Source: Cercozoa sp. M6MM (lineage: Eukaryota; Protista; Endomyxa: Ascetosporea). Taken from it: a stretch of DNA of 64,000 nt. A program made the position numbers and the translations under genes. Positions 28,631-40,961 of the stretch are shown here, piece after piece (the stretch's first letter is position 1; each line of letters starts with the position of its first letter). The notes beneath the pieces are model-generated. The model had not been told where the DNA came from. It searched no databases and saw nothing but the letters and a program-made list of their open reading frames with translations. Location: assembly GCA_040357565.1 (NCBI GenBank), contig JBDODJ010000001.1; one strand, given 5' to 3'.

Positions 28631-30153
28631 ATGCACTCGTCGGCGTACATGTACCTTGAGACCCTGAGTGGGAGTCTCGTGTGCTTGGCCTACCTCGTCT
28701 ACCGTCTCATCCAAAAGCGGCACGAGTTGCTACCAACGCTGGCCTGGAGTCGTTTGAAAAGTATGCGCTGTCTCAAGTAAGTGAAGCTGTATATATGTGG
28801 CTAATGTGTCTCTGTGCGCAGACGACGTGCGAACTGTCTGCGTTATCTTGATCTCTGTGTCGACGCTCTGTCTTACCATATATGCCATTCTCGGTGTACA
28901 TTGCACGCTTTTCTATCTCACTGGAGTAAGTGACTCCACATGCGTGTGTGTGCGTGTGTGTTCTCTTCCTCTGGGCAGAGTTTCGTGAAATACAGCGAAG
29001 GTTACTCGTACAATGTTGAATGCAATGACACCAACAACTGCAGTGTCACAAAAATTCGTCCAAAACACCCGTGTACCCCACATGGATTTGATATGGCCTT
29101 GACGATGTATATCTATATATGCGCATGTCTTAATTTTTGTCGCAGCCGAGTTCAATCGTACCAACGTGCGACTCATGCGAGCTGCGCACTTCGTCGCCAA
29201 TCTTTCCTTCACGTAACAACCTCTTTGTTAGTCGAACTGATGCATATTGTGTGAGTAACACCGACGCAGATGCAAAACCTCAACTGTGTTTCTCTTGTCC
29301 GCACTGCTTCATTACGTACGCTCTGATTACCTGTTGCTACTGTCCGCTCTTGCATACCGTATCTGCTTTCGTCAGGTCACAATGGCAGACTGCGGTTTCC
29401 GTACCTTTAACGAAACTTGGCACGCCAAAGCGGTATTTGTTTCAATCGATGGTTGGTGTGGATTTCGACTACTGACACGTGTGATGACGTGTGTTTGCGT
29501 ATTTCCTCTAGGTGACGTACTGGTCGATGTTCTCGCTGCTGCTCTACCCAACGTTGCAGCTGGCGTTTCAGTCGCTCGAGGATGACGGTCTCGTGCTGCC
29601 GCTCTTTGTGTACTGCGCCGAGTTGGTGCTCGCGATTTTGCTGATTCGCGCCGTGGTGCTGCCGCGTCTGTTCTCGCTGCTGAACACGGCGTCCTTCGTG
29701 TCGGATGACGCTCTGTCTCGCACCGACAGCGCTGTGTAGCCTTGCTATTTCGTATGTATGTGTGCGCGCGTGTGTGTGTGTTCATGTAGTTCCTCTTACT
29801 CGCTTTTATTTTTAGCGACGGTCAGTACGCTTTGTCGCCGCAACTCCGCTACAGATTGCTCAAGTTCGCCTTTTGGTTGGTGCCGTCAGTCAAGTGCATC
29901 TTAAGTTGGTTTTACAGAGTGTATCGGTGCTGCAGAACTTACTATGGTACTCGCTGCTGGTCGAATTAATCGCCGAGACAGTGTTCCACGGGTGTGTTTC
30001 TCTCTTTGCCTTTGCCTCAATATCAAGATTCAGCTTTGTGTGTAGCGATGCCTTGTCGGATACGGGATTGCTGCCAGAGTACACATACGTGCTTGACAGT
30101 GCCGCCACTGTACAGAACTGGGCCAGAGCCGCCTCTTTCTGTACGTTGTGCTG

Positions 30154-30203
<50 letters not shown>

Positions 30204-30303
30204 NNNNNNNNNNNNNNNNNNNNNNNNNNNNNNNNNNNNNNNNNNNNNNNNNNNNNNNNNNNNNNNNNNNNNNNNNNNNNNNNNNNNNNNNNNNNNNNNN
30301 NNN

Positions 30304-30352
<49 letters not shown>

Positions 30353-30920
30353 GTAGTAGAAACCACCGCTTTTGTAGTCTTCATATTGATGGTGCTGCTG
30401 CCATTCAAGACTGGACCAACATCGTCGAACTGCACGGCTACTACTCTCCCGCGCAGCGGCAAAACCTCAGCTTCACCAATGCTCACTACTACCAACGGAC
30501 CCGATGTTGTCACTGTGTACGCCGACTCGCCTGGCATCTCGCATTCTGACATATACTGATGACCGCCTCTCGTGGCTGGGATGACACAATCGAACTCATC
30601 GCTCCCAACCCAATGACTCCGATCTTGACCCGTGGCAATGCATCGACATGCTTGCGCATTCATTAATTGATTGAACCGTACATACGCACGGTTCGAATTT
30701 ACGTTATACTCAGTGATATATCGATACAGCAGTGCCGTCGCCCGTACTACGCTAGTACGTTTAATTATCCGATTCCACCCCAGCTGCAGGATTGGTACAG
30801 GGGAATTACAGAGTTGAAACATCCGATTGCGTTGCGCTCGGCGTTTGGCAGTCAGTTAGACGGACGAGTTTTCAGTTTTGTCCGGAAGGCGTCGCTCGGC
30901 CTACATTGTGCTTTTGTTTG
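28631..30920 (+). CDS. Hypothetical multi-pass membrane protein
   Basis: Spliced hydrophobic exons (VCVILISVSTLCLTIYAIL; VKYSEGY; WSMFSLLLYPTLQL; LFVYCAELVLAILLI; TTAFVVFILMVLL). Boundaries approximate. Confidence 0.55.
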
Positions 30921-31019
30921 AATCAACTGCGTCACAGCTTCCGCAACTGAGAGAGCGTCTCACTCTTTGGAGAGAGAAAAAAATCTACAGTTCGCCTGGC
31001 CCGCTCAACCGTCAAACTT

Positions 31020-32220
31020 ATGAAACTGGTGTTTTCCGTGCTGCTCGCAGTCGGTGTGACGGCTCAGCTGTCGTCGTTTCCACCTGCAGAAGACTGTCCA
31101 GGTGGCCAGGTAGTGCACGCTAGAGTCTTCTTGCTTTGAGCTTGTGTTGAATATCAATGTTAGTGCAGTGGGAAAACCGTCAGCCTTGCCATATCAACGG
31201 CGAGTGTGACAGAATCGATCGTACTCCAGGCCTTTAGCTTTCAGTTTGCGTACAAAAATTGGCGGATCTAGGCACTACATACTGTAGGCTGTTCTTCGAC
31301 TGGCCAACTAGTACTCAGCAGCTGCCATCCGACCGAGTGCCCAGGCGCACTCGTATGTATCGGCACTGAACTGAGTCTCGCGGATGCCATGTGCCTTGAT
31401 CGCACGGCGTACCTCAACGCGGACCGCAGCAACTTCGCCACTGGTCCGTTCGGAGACGATCCGATGTGTGCAGCTTTGCAACGCTTCAAGTGTTACAATC
31501 TCAACGATATGGCGGACTACGACGGACCAATCAGCGACTGCAATATGGGCACTGGCTGTCCACCCGTGGTGATTGCATGCGCTGATGGCAGTTGCCCAGG
31601 CATGCCCCCGCCACCTCCGCCCCCGATGACCACAACACCAGCACCGACACCGAGGCCGACACCGGGACCCACACCGGGACCTACACCCGTGCCGACACCA
31701 GGACCCACACCGAAGCCCACACCGAAGCCCACTCCAGACCACGACTGCCCTCATGGATGGAAGCCAGTGCACGGCTGCCATCTGAACGGCAACATGTGTC
31801 AGCGGGTCGAGAAGTGCCCTAATATGTATACGCCTCGTTTCCGCACAGTGCCCTGCGAAAGCAGCGAGTGCTCGAGTTACAAGTGCCGTCCTTGCGAGAT
31901 CGAACCAACTTGCGCTGACCGTCGCGGCGCGCCGGACGTTCGGTACGTCGGAGGCGATGGCAGTTGCGCCATCTTACAGCACTTCAGGTGCGTCAGCAAA
32001 GCTACCAACCAAGTTGAACCAGACCACTACTGCAATGACGGGTAGGCCGAGGCGTATAAATTTACGGTACCCCTGCTACTGTTTACTGATGCCGTGTGAT
32101 GTAGAGAGGGCTGCCAGCAGCAAGCGCACCAGTGTCTGGCATCGCTGTGCGCGAATGGATATCATGGTTCCTGGATGGTACAACATCATGACAAACCCCA
32201 AAAATGCTGTGTGTGTGTGT

Positions 32221-32273
<53 letters not shown>

Positions 32274-32283
32274 NNNNNNNNNN

Positions 32284-32333
<50 letters not shown>

Positions 32334-32458
32334 TACCTTGCGCTTTGTTCCAAACAGATCCGACGAATCCCGGACATAATCGAATAACCCAACTACTTGG
32401 CACCGACCTGCGAAAGGAAGCTCAAACATGCCAGTCTTCCCGATTTGAATACAACTAA
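31020..32458 (+). CDS. Secreted cysteine-rich protein with Pro-Thr repeat linker
   Basis: Signal peptide MKLVFSVLLAVGVTAQ; Cys-rich modules flank PPPPPPP-(PTPG/PTPK)n; HFRCV...DHYC motif. End approximate. Confidence 0.75.
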
Positions 32459-32656
32459 GAATTTTTAGACTTCACCTGTAAGTATCGCAATGTAATGCAC
32501 ACACGGTGAACTAAGTTCAGATACAGCAACGACACCGATAACCCACATACTGTCACCCGACTGGCCCGGGGTTGGCAGCACCCCAATTGTCTTTGACAAT
32601 CCGATACTTGTCAGTCGTAAGCATCACTGCTTTTTTCAAGCGAAACTGACATTGTA

Positions 32657-35600
32657 ATGGACTCACGTTTCATCGGAGGCATGCTTCTCGCAGCTTACAT
32701 TGGATACCATCTGGGGTCTGTCAAGGTTTTCAGAGTTCGGCTTTCTCAACCGACGATTTTTTGAAACAGGAGAAGCGCAGTGCGCGAAGAACGGCAAGCT
32801 GAGGCGGCTCGAGAAGAACACGACGCGAATGAATCGAGGGTGACTCTCTGTCAGCAGGGAGCCGAGGCGGCTCAAGAAGAAAGCACCACTCGCGCAACAC
32901 CTGAGGATGAGCTTCAAGGTCTCACAGAAGAACGTCTCCAGTATATCCCACAAGAAAAAATTAGAGTCGTCCGAGCAGGAGAGGTAAATATAATCATTTG
33001 GCGTTTCACAAATCTTGTCAGACTTGCTTTTCGTAGCATGATCGAACGCCTCTGTTGCATACGCACGGCGGAACTACTGTAACCTCAGAAAGGCGTCCAT
33101 AGTATTCGACTGGCGAACCCAATGACCTTGTGATGAAACATCAACAATACTACCTCCTCTCCTGCTCAGCACAACTTAGGCCAGTAGCTGCACACACCAG
33201 CTGTGTGCCCTGCGCAAATAGAATCGCCTGGGCACGCGTGTTGCGGGCTCTAGGTTGACTTCAGCGCTGGGCGAATAGGTCCAAAAGGGGTGTTGCGGTG
33301 CCCGAATTTCTGACATGGAGAGCAGCGGCAGTGTGCATTTTCGAACGCATTTGGCGCGCGAGACGGACATCGAAACCCTTATTGCACGTCTTGACGCGTC
33401 GAAAAAGACCTACGGTATGTTCCTCCTGTTTGACACAATGTCTTCGCGCCGGTACACAATCTCCGGCAGATGCGCTGGAGAGACTCGCGAAGGAGCTAGC
33501 GGCAGGCGAGAAGAGTCTTGGAGTTTCCCAGAGAAAAGCTGTTCGCAGTGTTGCGCATGTTCCGCAACTGACCCGCTTCTCGCTGGCCTCTGTCACCGAC
33601 GGATTGCGTGGTGTGCTTTCTCTTGTGTTTGTTTTCGGCGTTGCATGTTGATACAATGTACTCGATTTAGGCGCGCTCGATCGCGTAGCTGCCACAGCCG
33701 ACGTTAGTGCAGCGGATATTGTATGTTCTCACTGTTGCCATGCGTTTTATGAGATATCACTGTTTATTTTGGGCAGGAACGAGCGGTGCGTGCTCCTCTG
33801 GCGTCGAGTGGCAAGGAATATCGACAGAATGCGCAGCAGCTACACAGTGAAATCAACGGCATCCTAAATGTTCGAAAACAAGTGCACAAGAGCGTCGCTA
33901 CGGCACGCCGCGAGCACGAGAAAGCGACGCAAGCGCGCGACAATGCTCTGGCGGCGCTCGAGCAAGAGCAGGCGAATTCGCAGCGAGCCGGCTACGATCC
34001 TGCCCCACGCCGTTCTGGCATGCTCTCTGGTTTCTTCACGAGCGATAACTCTCCAAATTTAACAGAGGTAAAGTTCGAATTCAATCGTGTGCTTTAGCAG
34101 AAGATTACGTGTCCTGCAGGTGCAACGACTCGAGCAGCAGTATCGCAATACGACGCAGCGATTGCACGCCTGCGAGGACGCTCACGTAGAAGCCGTGAGT
34201 GCGGCACGCGAGAAGCGTCGGCTCATCGACGAAGCACTTCGCAATGCACTCGATAAAGTGGAAGAACTCGAATCGCATCGACTCCAGTCACTCAAGCAGC
34301 AGGTAGCGTGGACGCCTTGTGTGACTACAGCCTGTCCTGTCATGTTTGATTGTGCAGCTGTTGACGTTGGTGAATACGCAGCGAAGAGCAGCACAGGAGC
34401 GCGTTCGCATTCTCGACACACTCTACACGCAGGTGCAGCTGCTGGGTCCGGAGGAGGACTGTCGCGCCTTCTGTGAGAGTGCGTCGAGTGCATGTGGAGA
34501 CCCACCATTGCCAATCTTTCCCGAGTATCGCACGCACGGCAACACTGGCAAGTCGAGTGGCCTTCTCGAGCAATATGAACACTTCGTCACAGGTGCAACG
34601 ACTCTTCCTTCCTCGCCTTCTCCGTCACCGACACCGACGCCTGATGCACTCGACTCGCAGTTTGATAACTTCCTGGTATGCTCCGGAAACCTGGGTTCCT
34701 TCAGCTCCCGTTGCACTTGTATTGTGACTCGACCTTTAGTTTGACCTTTCGTTTAACAGGAGGCCGTACTAGAGCCGGCGAAAGCGAGTGACTCCAGGTT
34801 CAACGAGATGCGTCAACAAGTGCGGCAGGAGGACCTGTCGAACAGCGACACGAGGAGTCGCCTGAGTGCCGCTTTGACGCGTGTGCGACGAGGCAGCGGA
34901 CGGCACTTCCAAGTGCAGGCGGCACGAGCCTCCGAATTGGTGCATCTGCTACTGCGGCAGCTGGACGCATGTGCCAAGACTCGCGACATTCGCGCTGCTT
35001 CCGTGTTGATGATCTTCACCCAAACCGTCTTTGTTCTCGAGGTAGCAGTCTTCCTCTTGTGCTTTCGATTGGATTTGCTTTTGCATGGGTTTGATAGGGT
35101 GATCGCAAATGCTTCCTGCAAGGCGATATTAAACACCACGCGTTGTGGAAGGACCTTCGTTTCTGGGAAGAGTGCTTTTATGACGCCTACGCACGCGAGC
35201 TGCAAAAGTTTCCACCAACGCGACGTTGGCTCGCGCCGCACGAGAAACGTGCGCTCACCGAACGCGACGCCTACGTGTTGGTTGCGCAGCTGTGCGCGTG
35301 GACGCACAACATGCGCGAGTTCGACCTTTCTCAGGTACAAGCTTAGTGTCCTTGTGGCTTAATGCGATACAATTTGTGCTACTTAAGTAGTCGGAGGTTC
35401 TCGCGTTCGCCTCGAGAGCGTGCGATCTGAACAACATCTGCGGCGACAAGCGCGACATGGTGCTCCTGCCGCTGATGACACCCGATGATGCTGGCACAGC
35501 GCACTCGACATCGTCTGACATTGTCGAGACTACTGACAGTACTCTTCCACGCGAAAACCTGCCAGCACGAGCACCACCGAAGGCTCCGCCACGACCGTCC

Positions 35601-35751
35601 CGACCCGTGTACCATGTGTCTCTGTCTAACACAGGTGTGTGTGTGTCTGTGTGTCTGTCCAATGTGCACGTGTGGTAGCCCACTGGCACCCGTCCCGCCA
35701 AAAGCACCGCCTAGGCACACGCCGACGCCACCTGCAATGTACACCGTCTGA
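32657..35751 (+). CDS. F-BAR-like protein with SBF2/DENN-associated C-terminal domain and proline-rich tail
   Basis: Long helical region ending KVEELESHRLQSLKQ (F-BAR-like); LQGDIKHHALWKDLRFWEECFYDA...QLCAWTHNMREF (SBF2-type); PPKAPPRPSRP and PPKAPPRHTP tail. Start approximate. Confidence 0.65.
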
Positions 35752-36129
35752 AAACAGATGCAACTTGTTCATTGCGTCACGCGTGGTGGATGTTTCAACA
35801 GGCCGCCTCCCGGAAGGCCCCCGAAGCTCGCGCACAGCTGAGACAGTTTTTAGTATCATCGGGTAAGTTTGATCATGTAAGGAACGGTTCGAATTTGGGC
35901 GTCTGCGGAGCTAAATTTGGAATTCGCCCTTTCAGATGGAAGACGAGATGCCGTGTGCGTTCGGTTTGTATTATTGTGATCGGTTGAAACTTGAAACGAG
36001 GCGGAGCCTGAGATGCCTGCACTGGCAAGTGGCATGCGATGATCGTATTTGGACATGCATTTGGTTCTACGCCAGCGCTAGCGAAGCTTATGGATAGACT
36101 GTAACATACGACACGTCAGCTCAGCTCAG

Positions 36130-37111
36130 CTAGCATTGCGTAACCGGGTTGAAGTCATTGGCCTCTTCTTCCTCGTCTTGTAGCGCACTGCGGGCGACGA
36201 CCCCGCCGGGTTGGCCGCCTTGCGTCGCCAGTGTCGCTAGAACACGCATGCTTTCCTCCTGCGCCAGACGCGAGGTTCGCTGTTCCTCGTCGCTGTCGTT
36301 GCTGGGGCTTGCCCTGTTGCTTTTGGAGGCGTTTGACTTCGAAGGACTCTTGTCCTGTTTCGCTTGTGCCGTTTTGGCCTGTTTTGACTTGGCTTGTTTC
36401 TGCTGTTGAACAATGTTGTTACTGGCTTGCTTTTGGACATTCTGGCGTCTCCGCAATTCTGCCGCAGCAGCTGTCGAAAGATAAGATATTACAGACAGAA
36501 AGCGGAAAACACAAGGTCGGCAGTACCCAGAAGTCGCTGTTGTCGCTGTCGCTGTTCAATGGCAACAGCCAGGTTCTGCTGCTCGAGAGCCAGACGCGGT
36601 CGCTTTCGTGGCGGCTCTCCCGAAGCAGTGGTTTGCGCCGTCAACAATGGCGGCGCATTTTCGGGCAGCGTTTCTTCCACCTGTTGTTGCTGTTGCTTGT
36701 GGTGCTGTTGTTGGTGCTGCTGACGCTGTCGGTCGTAGGCGGCGTGCACGACACGTAGCTGCTGTCGCTTGCGAAGGAGACGCTGATCAAGTGACTGAAC
36801 TTCGTCGACGTAGCTCGCGGCCGTCGGAGCTGATGCAAAGAAGACTTCTTCCAGCACTGCCGCGCACACCTCGGTGAGCTCCTCCACTGACATGGCACGC
36901 CGGCTCAGGATGCTTCGCAACTGCAGTCGCTGCTGCAGACGCTCTTCCACGCTACAGACACGCACACAGATAGACAAACACTGTGTCGGTCGACGAATGG
37001 AATGTACCTGATGTTGGCGCGCCAGTCGGAGGCCAGCACAGAGCGGGACGTCGTGCTTGCGGCTGACGCATGACGAGCAAAAGCCGGACTCATCGACGGC
37101 GGCTGACTCAT
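36130..37111 (-). CDS. Q-rich protein with putative N-terminal KIX (Med15-like) domain
   Basis: SDWRANI...RLQQRLQLRSIL...LEEVFFASAPTAASYVDEV followed by poly-Q. Confidence 0.5.
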
Positions 37112-37443
37112 GTGCGCTGGCGTGTGTGTCTGTTGATTTATGCCGTACAGAGAGCAGAAAATCTACTGTGTACCGTACTGTAAAGTTCTCAAGACACGAA
37201 ATTCTGAAATTGTGCGTGTGGGTTTTCCCTGTTCGGCAAGTTCATTGAACGTTCCTACTCCTGGCTCCATTTCGGGCTCATTTGATTCCATAACCAGTAC
37301 TCTCGAAAACCCACGCGCTCAAAGTGTCTTAAGGTGTGTTGGCGTGTGTGTCACATCTTTTATAGGTGTAGCTAAAGGCCAGGAACACTGCCCAAGGTCG
37401 GTCGGTCAAGGAACTTTAGATATTTCTGCCTTGAGGCCGGAGG

Positions 37444-40400
37444 ATGTCGTCTCTGGCAGCGTTTCGCGCGAAGCGAGCCGCACGAAAGGCGGCAGCTGAG
37501 AAAGCGCGCGCAGATCTTTCGCTCGAAAGCGTGAAGGAGCACCAAATCATCCGTGACGATGACGAGGAGAATGTCAACATTGGTGTGCTGCGACAGGAAG
37601 AGCAGGAGAAGGTAGTTTGTTTCGTTTCACCTCCCTTCATTTACCCTGACCACTTTCTATGTGCCGATTGTAGTCCACGCAAGTGGTGGAACAAGAGAAG
37701 CGCGAGAAGTCGCTCATGGAGCTGCGAATGGAGCTCGAAGAGACCAATCCAGAGTTGGTCGATCAGGTAATAACTTTTTGTTTGAAGTGTTGTTTGAGCA
37801 TGCGATGAAAGCAAAAACATCTGTGCTTGCAGAGTGAAGAAGCCAGACGCAGACGAAAGGAAGCTGAGTTGAAAGCGCAACTCGGCGCCGATCGAGCGCC
37901 GCTCGAAAGTGCTCGTCAGCGCGCGTAAGTTTTTGGTTTTCTTTCAGTTTCTTGCTTCGTTCAGTTTTTTGCTTCTATTATGTGACTGCTTTAATTGTCA
38001 ACAGAATGAAAGAAGACGTGCCGGTGTACATTGAAGAAATGCTCGCTGTTCGCACGAGTTGGCGAGCTCCAAGGTGCGTTTCTCTGTGCCTCTTTGACAT
38101 TGCGAAACACGAGTGTACATAGAGTGTTGGAGCGCCGCACCGAAGCCGACAATGACGAGATTCGCAAGCGTCTAGGCATCATTGTGCACGGCGAGAAGGT
38201 AGTTTTCAGGCGTTCTTTTCGTGCTTTGTTAACGGAAGGGTATCCATGTGTGTATATGTAGGTTCCGCCGATCTGCACGGATTTCGACTTCATGAAGCTG
38301 CCGCCTGCCATCATGGCGCTGCTTAAAGCGAAAGGCATCACGAAACCGACCTACATTCAGCAGCAAGGTCTGCCAGTGCTGCTGTCGGGTCGCGACATGA
38401 TTGGTACTCTGCCCTTTCCTTCTGCTCGACTTTACCTGTTATCCTTTACCCTTTGGTACCTCCCTGTTAGGTATTGCAAGCACGGGTAGCGGTAAGACTC
38501 TGGTGTTCGCGCTGCCGCTGGTGCTACGCGCCATGGAAGCCGAGCTGAAGGAACCGCTCACGCAAGGCGAGGGTCCGATCGGCATCATTCTGGAGACGTC
38601 GCGCGAACTGGCTGTTCAGACGCAACAAGTTGTCCAGGTACTCAGACTGTATGTTTGTACTGTTTAGTGATGCTTGTCCAAAGGAACTGTGCGACGCGTT
38701 GGCGGAAGGCGGTGTGCCGGCGCAACTGCGAGAGGAACTCGCCAAGGAGAGAGTAGTTTTGTCTGTCGTTTGCTATGAACTCCAAAGTGTGTTATATCGT
38801 TTTGTAATGCACAGGAGAAGAAACGCCGCGTGCTGGAAGCACAAGGTGGCGAGGCTTCCGACAGCGACGACGACGACATGTGGGATCCCGACATGACCGA
38901 GGAGGAGCAACACCTGTTGCGTCTTAAGAAGCAGAAGAAACGCCGCAAGGTACACTTGTGCAACCTTCCCCTTCCTTCCCTTTCCCTTTTCTTTCCCTTC
39001 CCCTTCCCTTTCCCCTTCCCTTCCCCTTCCCTTCCCCTTCCCTTCCCCTTCCCCTTCCCTTCCCCTTCCCCTTCCTTCTCCGAACGTAAGTATTCGTGAG
39101 GACAGGAGGAACGTCGCCGAAAGAAGCGGCGTCGCAAGGAGATGTCACGCAGGAAGAGTGGTCGCGGCAGCAGTGGCAGCAGCGGCAACAGCTACAACAA
39201 CGACTCGGACGAGTATGACAACTGGGAGGACCGGCGTTTCCGACCACTGCCGGCGCTGCGTTCCATCTGTGCTGTGGTACCTTGCTCCTTGCCCAATATA
39301 CGCCTGTTCCCTTTACACCTACTCTGCACTTGTACTCTATGCTTGCAGGGTGGCGAGTCAGTCGGCTCGCAGTGCCGTGCCCTGGAGCAAGGTGCGCACA
39401 TCCTCGTCGGTACGCCGGGCCGTATCAAGGACCTGTTGGCCCGTGGTGCACTCAAACTGCGTCACTGCGAGTACCTGTGTCTTGACGAGGCCGATCGTCT
39501 CATCGACGTTGGCTTTGAGGACGACATCCGACGCATCCTGGACCACTTTCCTGTGCCCGAGACCGGTATATCCCCCACTTGCCCACCCCCAGTAATCCCC
39601 TATCTGCGCCTTTATCCCTGCCTGCGTAGAGAAGGATCCCGAGCGACGTGAGGCACTGCAGCGACAGACTCTGTTCTTCTCGGCCACGATGCCGAAGAAG
39701 ATCGAAGAGTTCGCCCTATCGGCCATGCGCAAGCCTGTGGTACCCTTGCTACCCCCCCTATCACTTGGTGATATGACCTCTGTCACTCCCTTGGGTACCC
39801 CCACAGGTAGTGAACGTCGGACGAGCCGGTGCGGCGGCACTGAAGATTCGACAGGACGTCGAGATTTGCGTGGACGACAAGCGCGTGCGACTGGAGCGAA
39901 TGCTCGCGTGTCTCAAGAAGACGCGGCCGCCGGTGATTGTGTTTGCCACACACAACTCGGTACCTTTGCGCTTCGCTGCCTCATGTTACGCTCTGAATTT
40001 TGTCATCGTATGTCATTCTTCATTCTTGACAGGACGTGGACGATGTGCATGAGTTTCTGCTACGTGCCGGTGTGGACGCCGTGTCGATCCACGGCAAGAA
40101 GTCGCAGGAGGAGCGACGTGAATCTGTAGCTTTTTGCCTTCTGTCCTCTCTACATGTTAACTCTACCCCCCCCCCTCTATGTACACAGGTCAAGCGATTC
40201 CGCGGAGGCGAGGCTGATGTGCTCGTTGCGAGTGATGTAACGCTTTCCGTCCCTGTTGCCATATGTTTGTGTGGAAACAATACCGCTGTTTTTGTAACAC
40301 ACAGGTGGCAGGCAAGGGTCTCGACTTCCCGCGCATCCGACAGGTGATCAACTTCGATATGCCCAAGGAGATCGAGGATTACGTGCATCGCATCGGTCGT

Positions 40401-40808
40401 ACCGGTCGTCGTGGCCAGAAGGGCGTTGCTTCCACGCTGCTCACTGTCACTGGTGCCGTTCTATCTCTCTGTGTGTACGGTGTATTGTACCTTCTTCTTT
40501 CATACGCACACAGGTGTGCCTCACACGACACTGCTCGATCTCAAGCACCTGCTGCGCGACGCCAATCAGAAGGTGCCGGACTTTTTGCTCGAACTCGACG
40601 ATCCTACCGAAGGCGCCGACGCCATCAAGGAACCGGTAGCCTCCCCTCCCCTCTGCTGTCTATCCTGTGTCTACACTCCTTTTCTGCCTATCTGCAGTGT
40701 CTGTACTGCGGTGGTTTCGGTCATCGCTCCACCGAGTGTCCCAAGTTGCGAAGCGCCAACCTGCGCCGCCGCACCGAGAGCGTCGACGTTGCTTTCGGCG
40801 ACATGTAA
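37444..40808 (+). CDS. DDX41: DEAD-box RNA helicase DDX41/Abstrakt
   Basis: [93 protein letters not shown], and a C-terminal zinc knuckle [17 protein letters not shown]. Confidence 0.95.
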
Positions 40809-40961
40809 AGCGCGAGTGTCACGGCGGTAGTGTCACGGCGGTACCACGGCTCGGAAGACCTTCCTGCGATGGCACGTGTACGTATTCGGTAATGGATACG
40901 ACGCGATAGTTACAGTCAGTATAATTGGTAGCGAACTGCACTAACCATTAAGTCGACTTAG

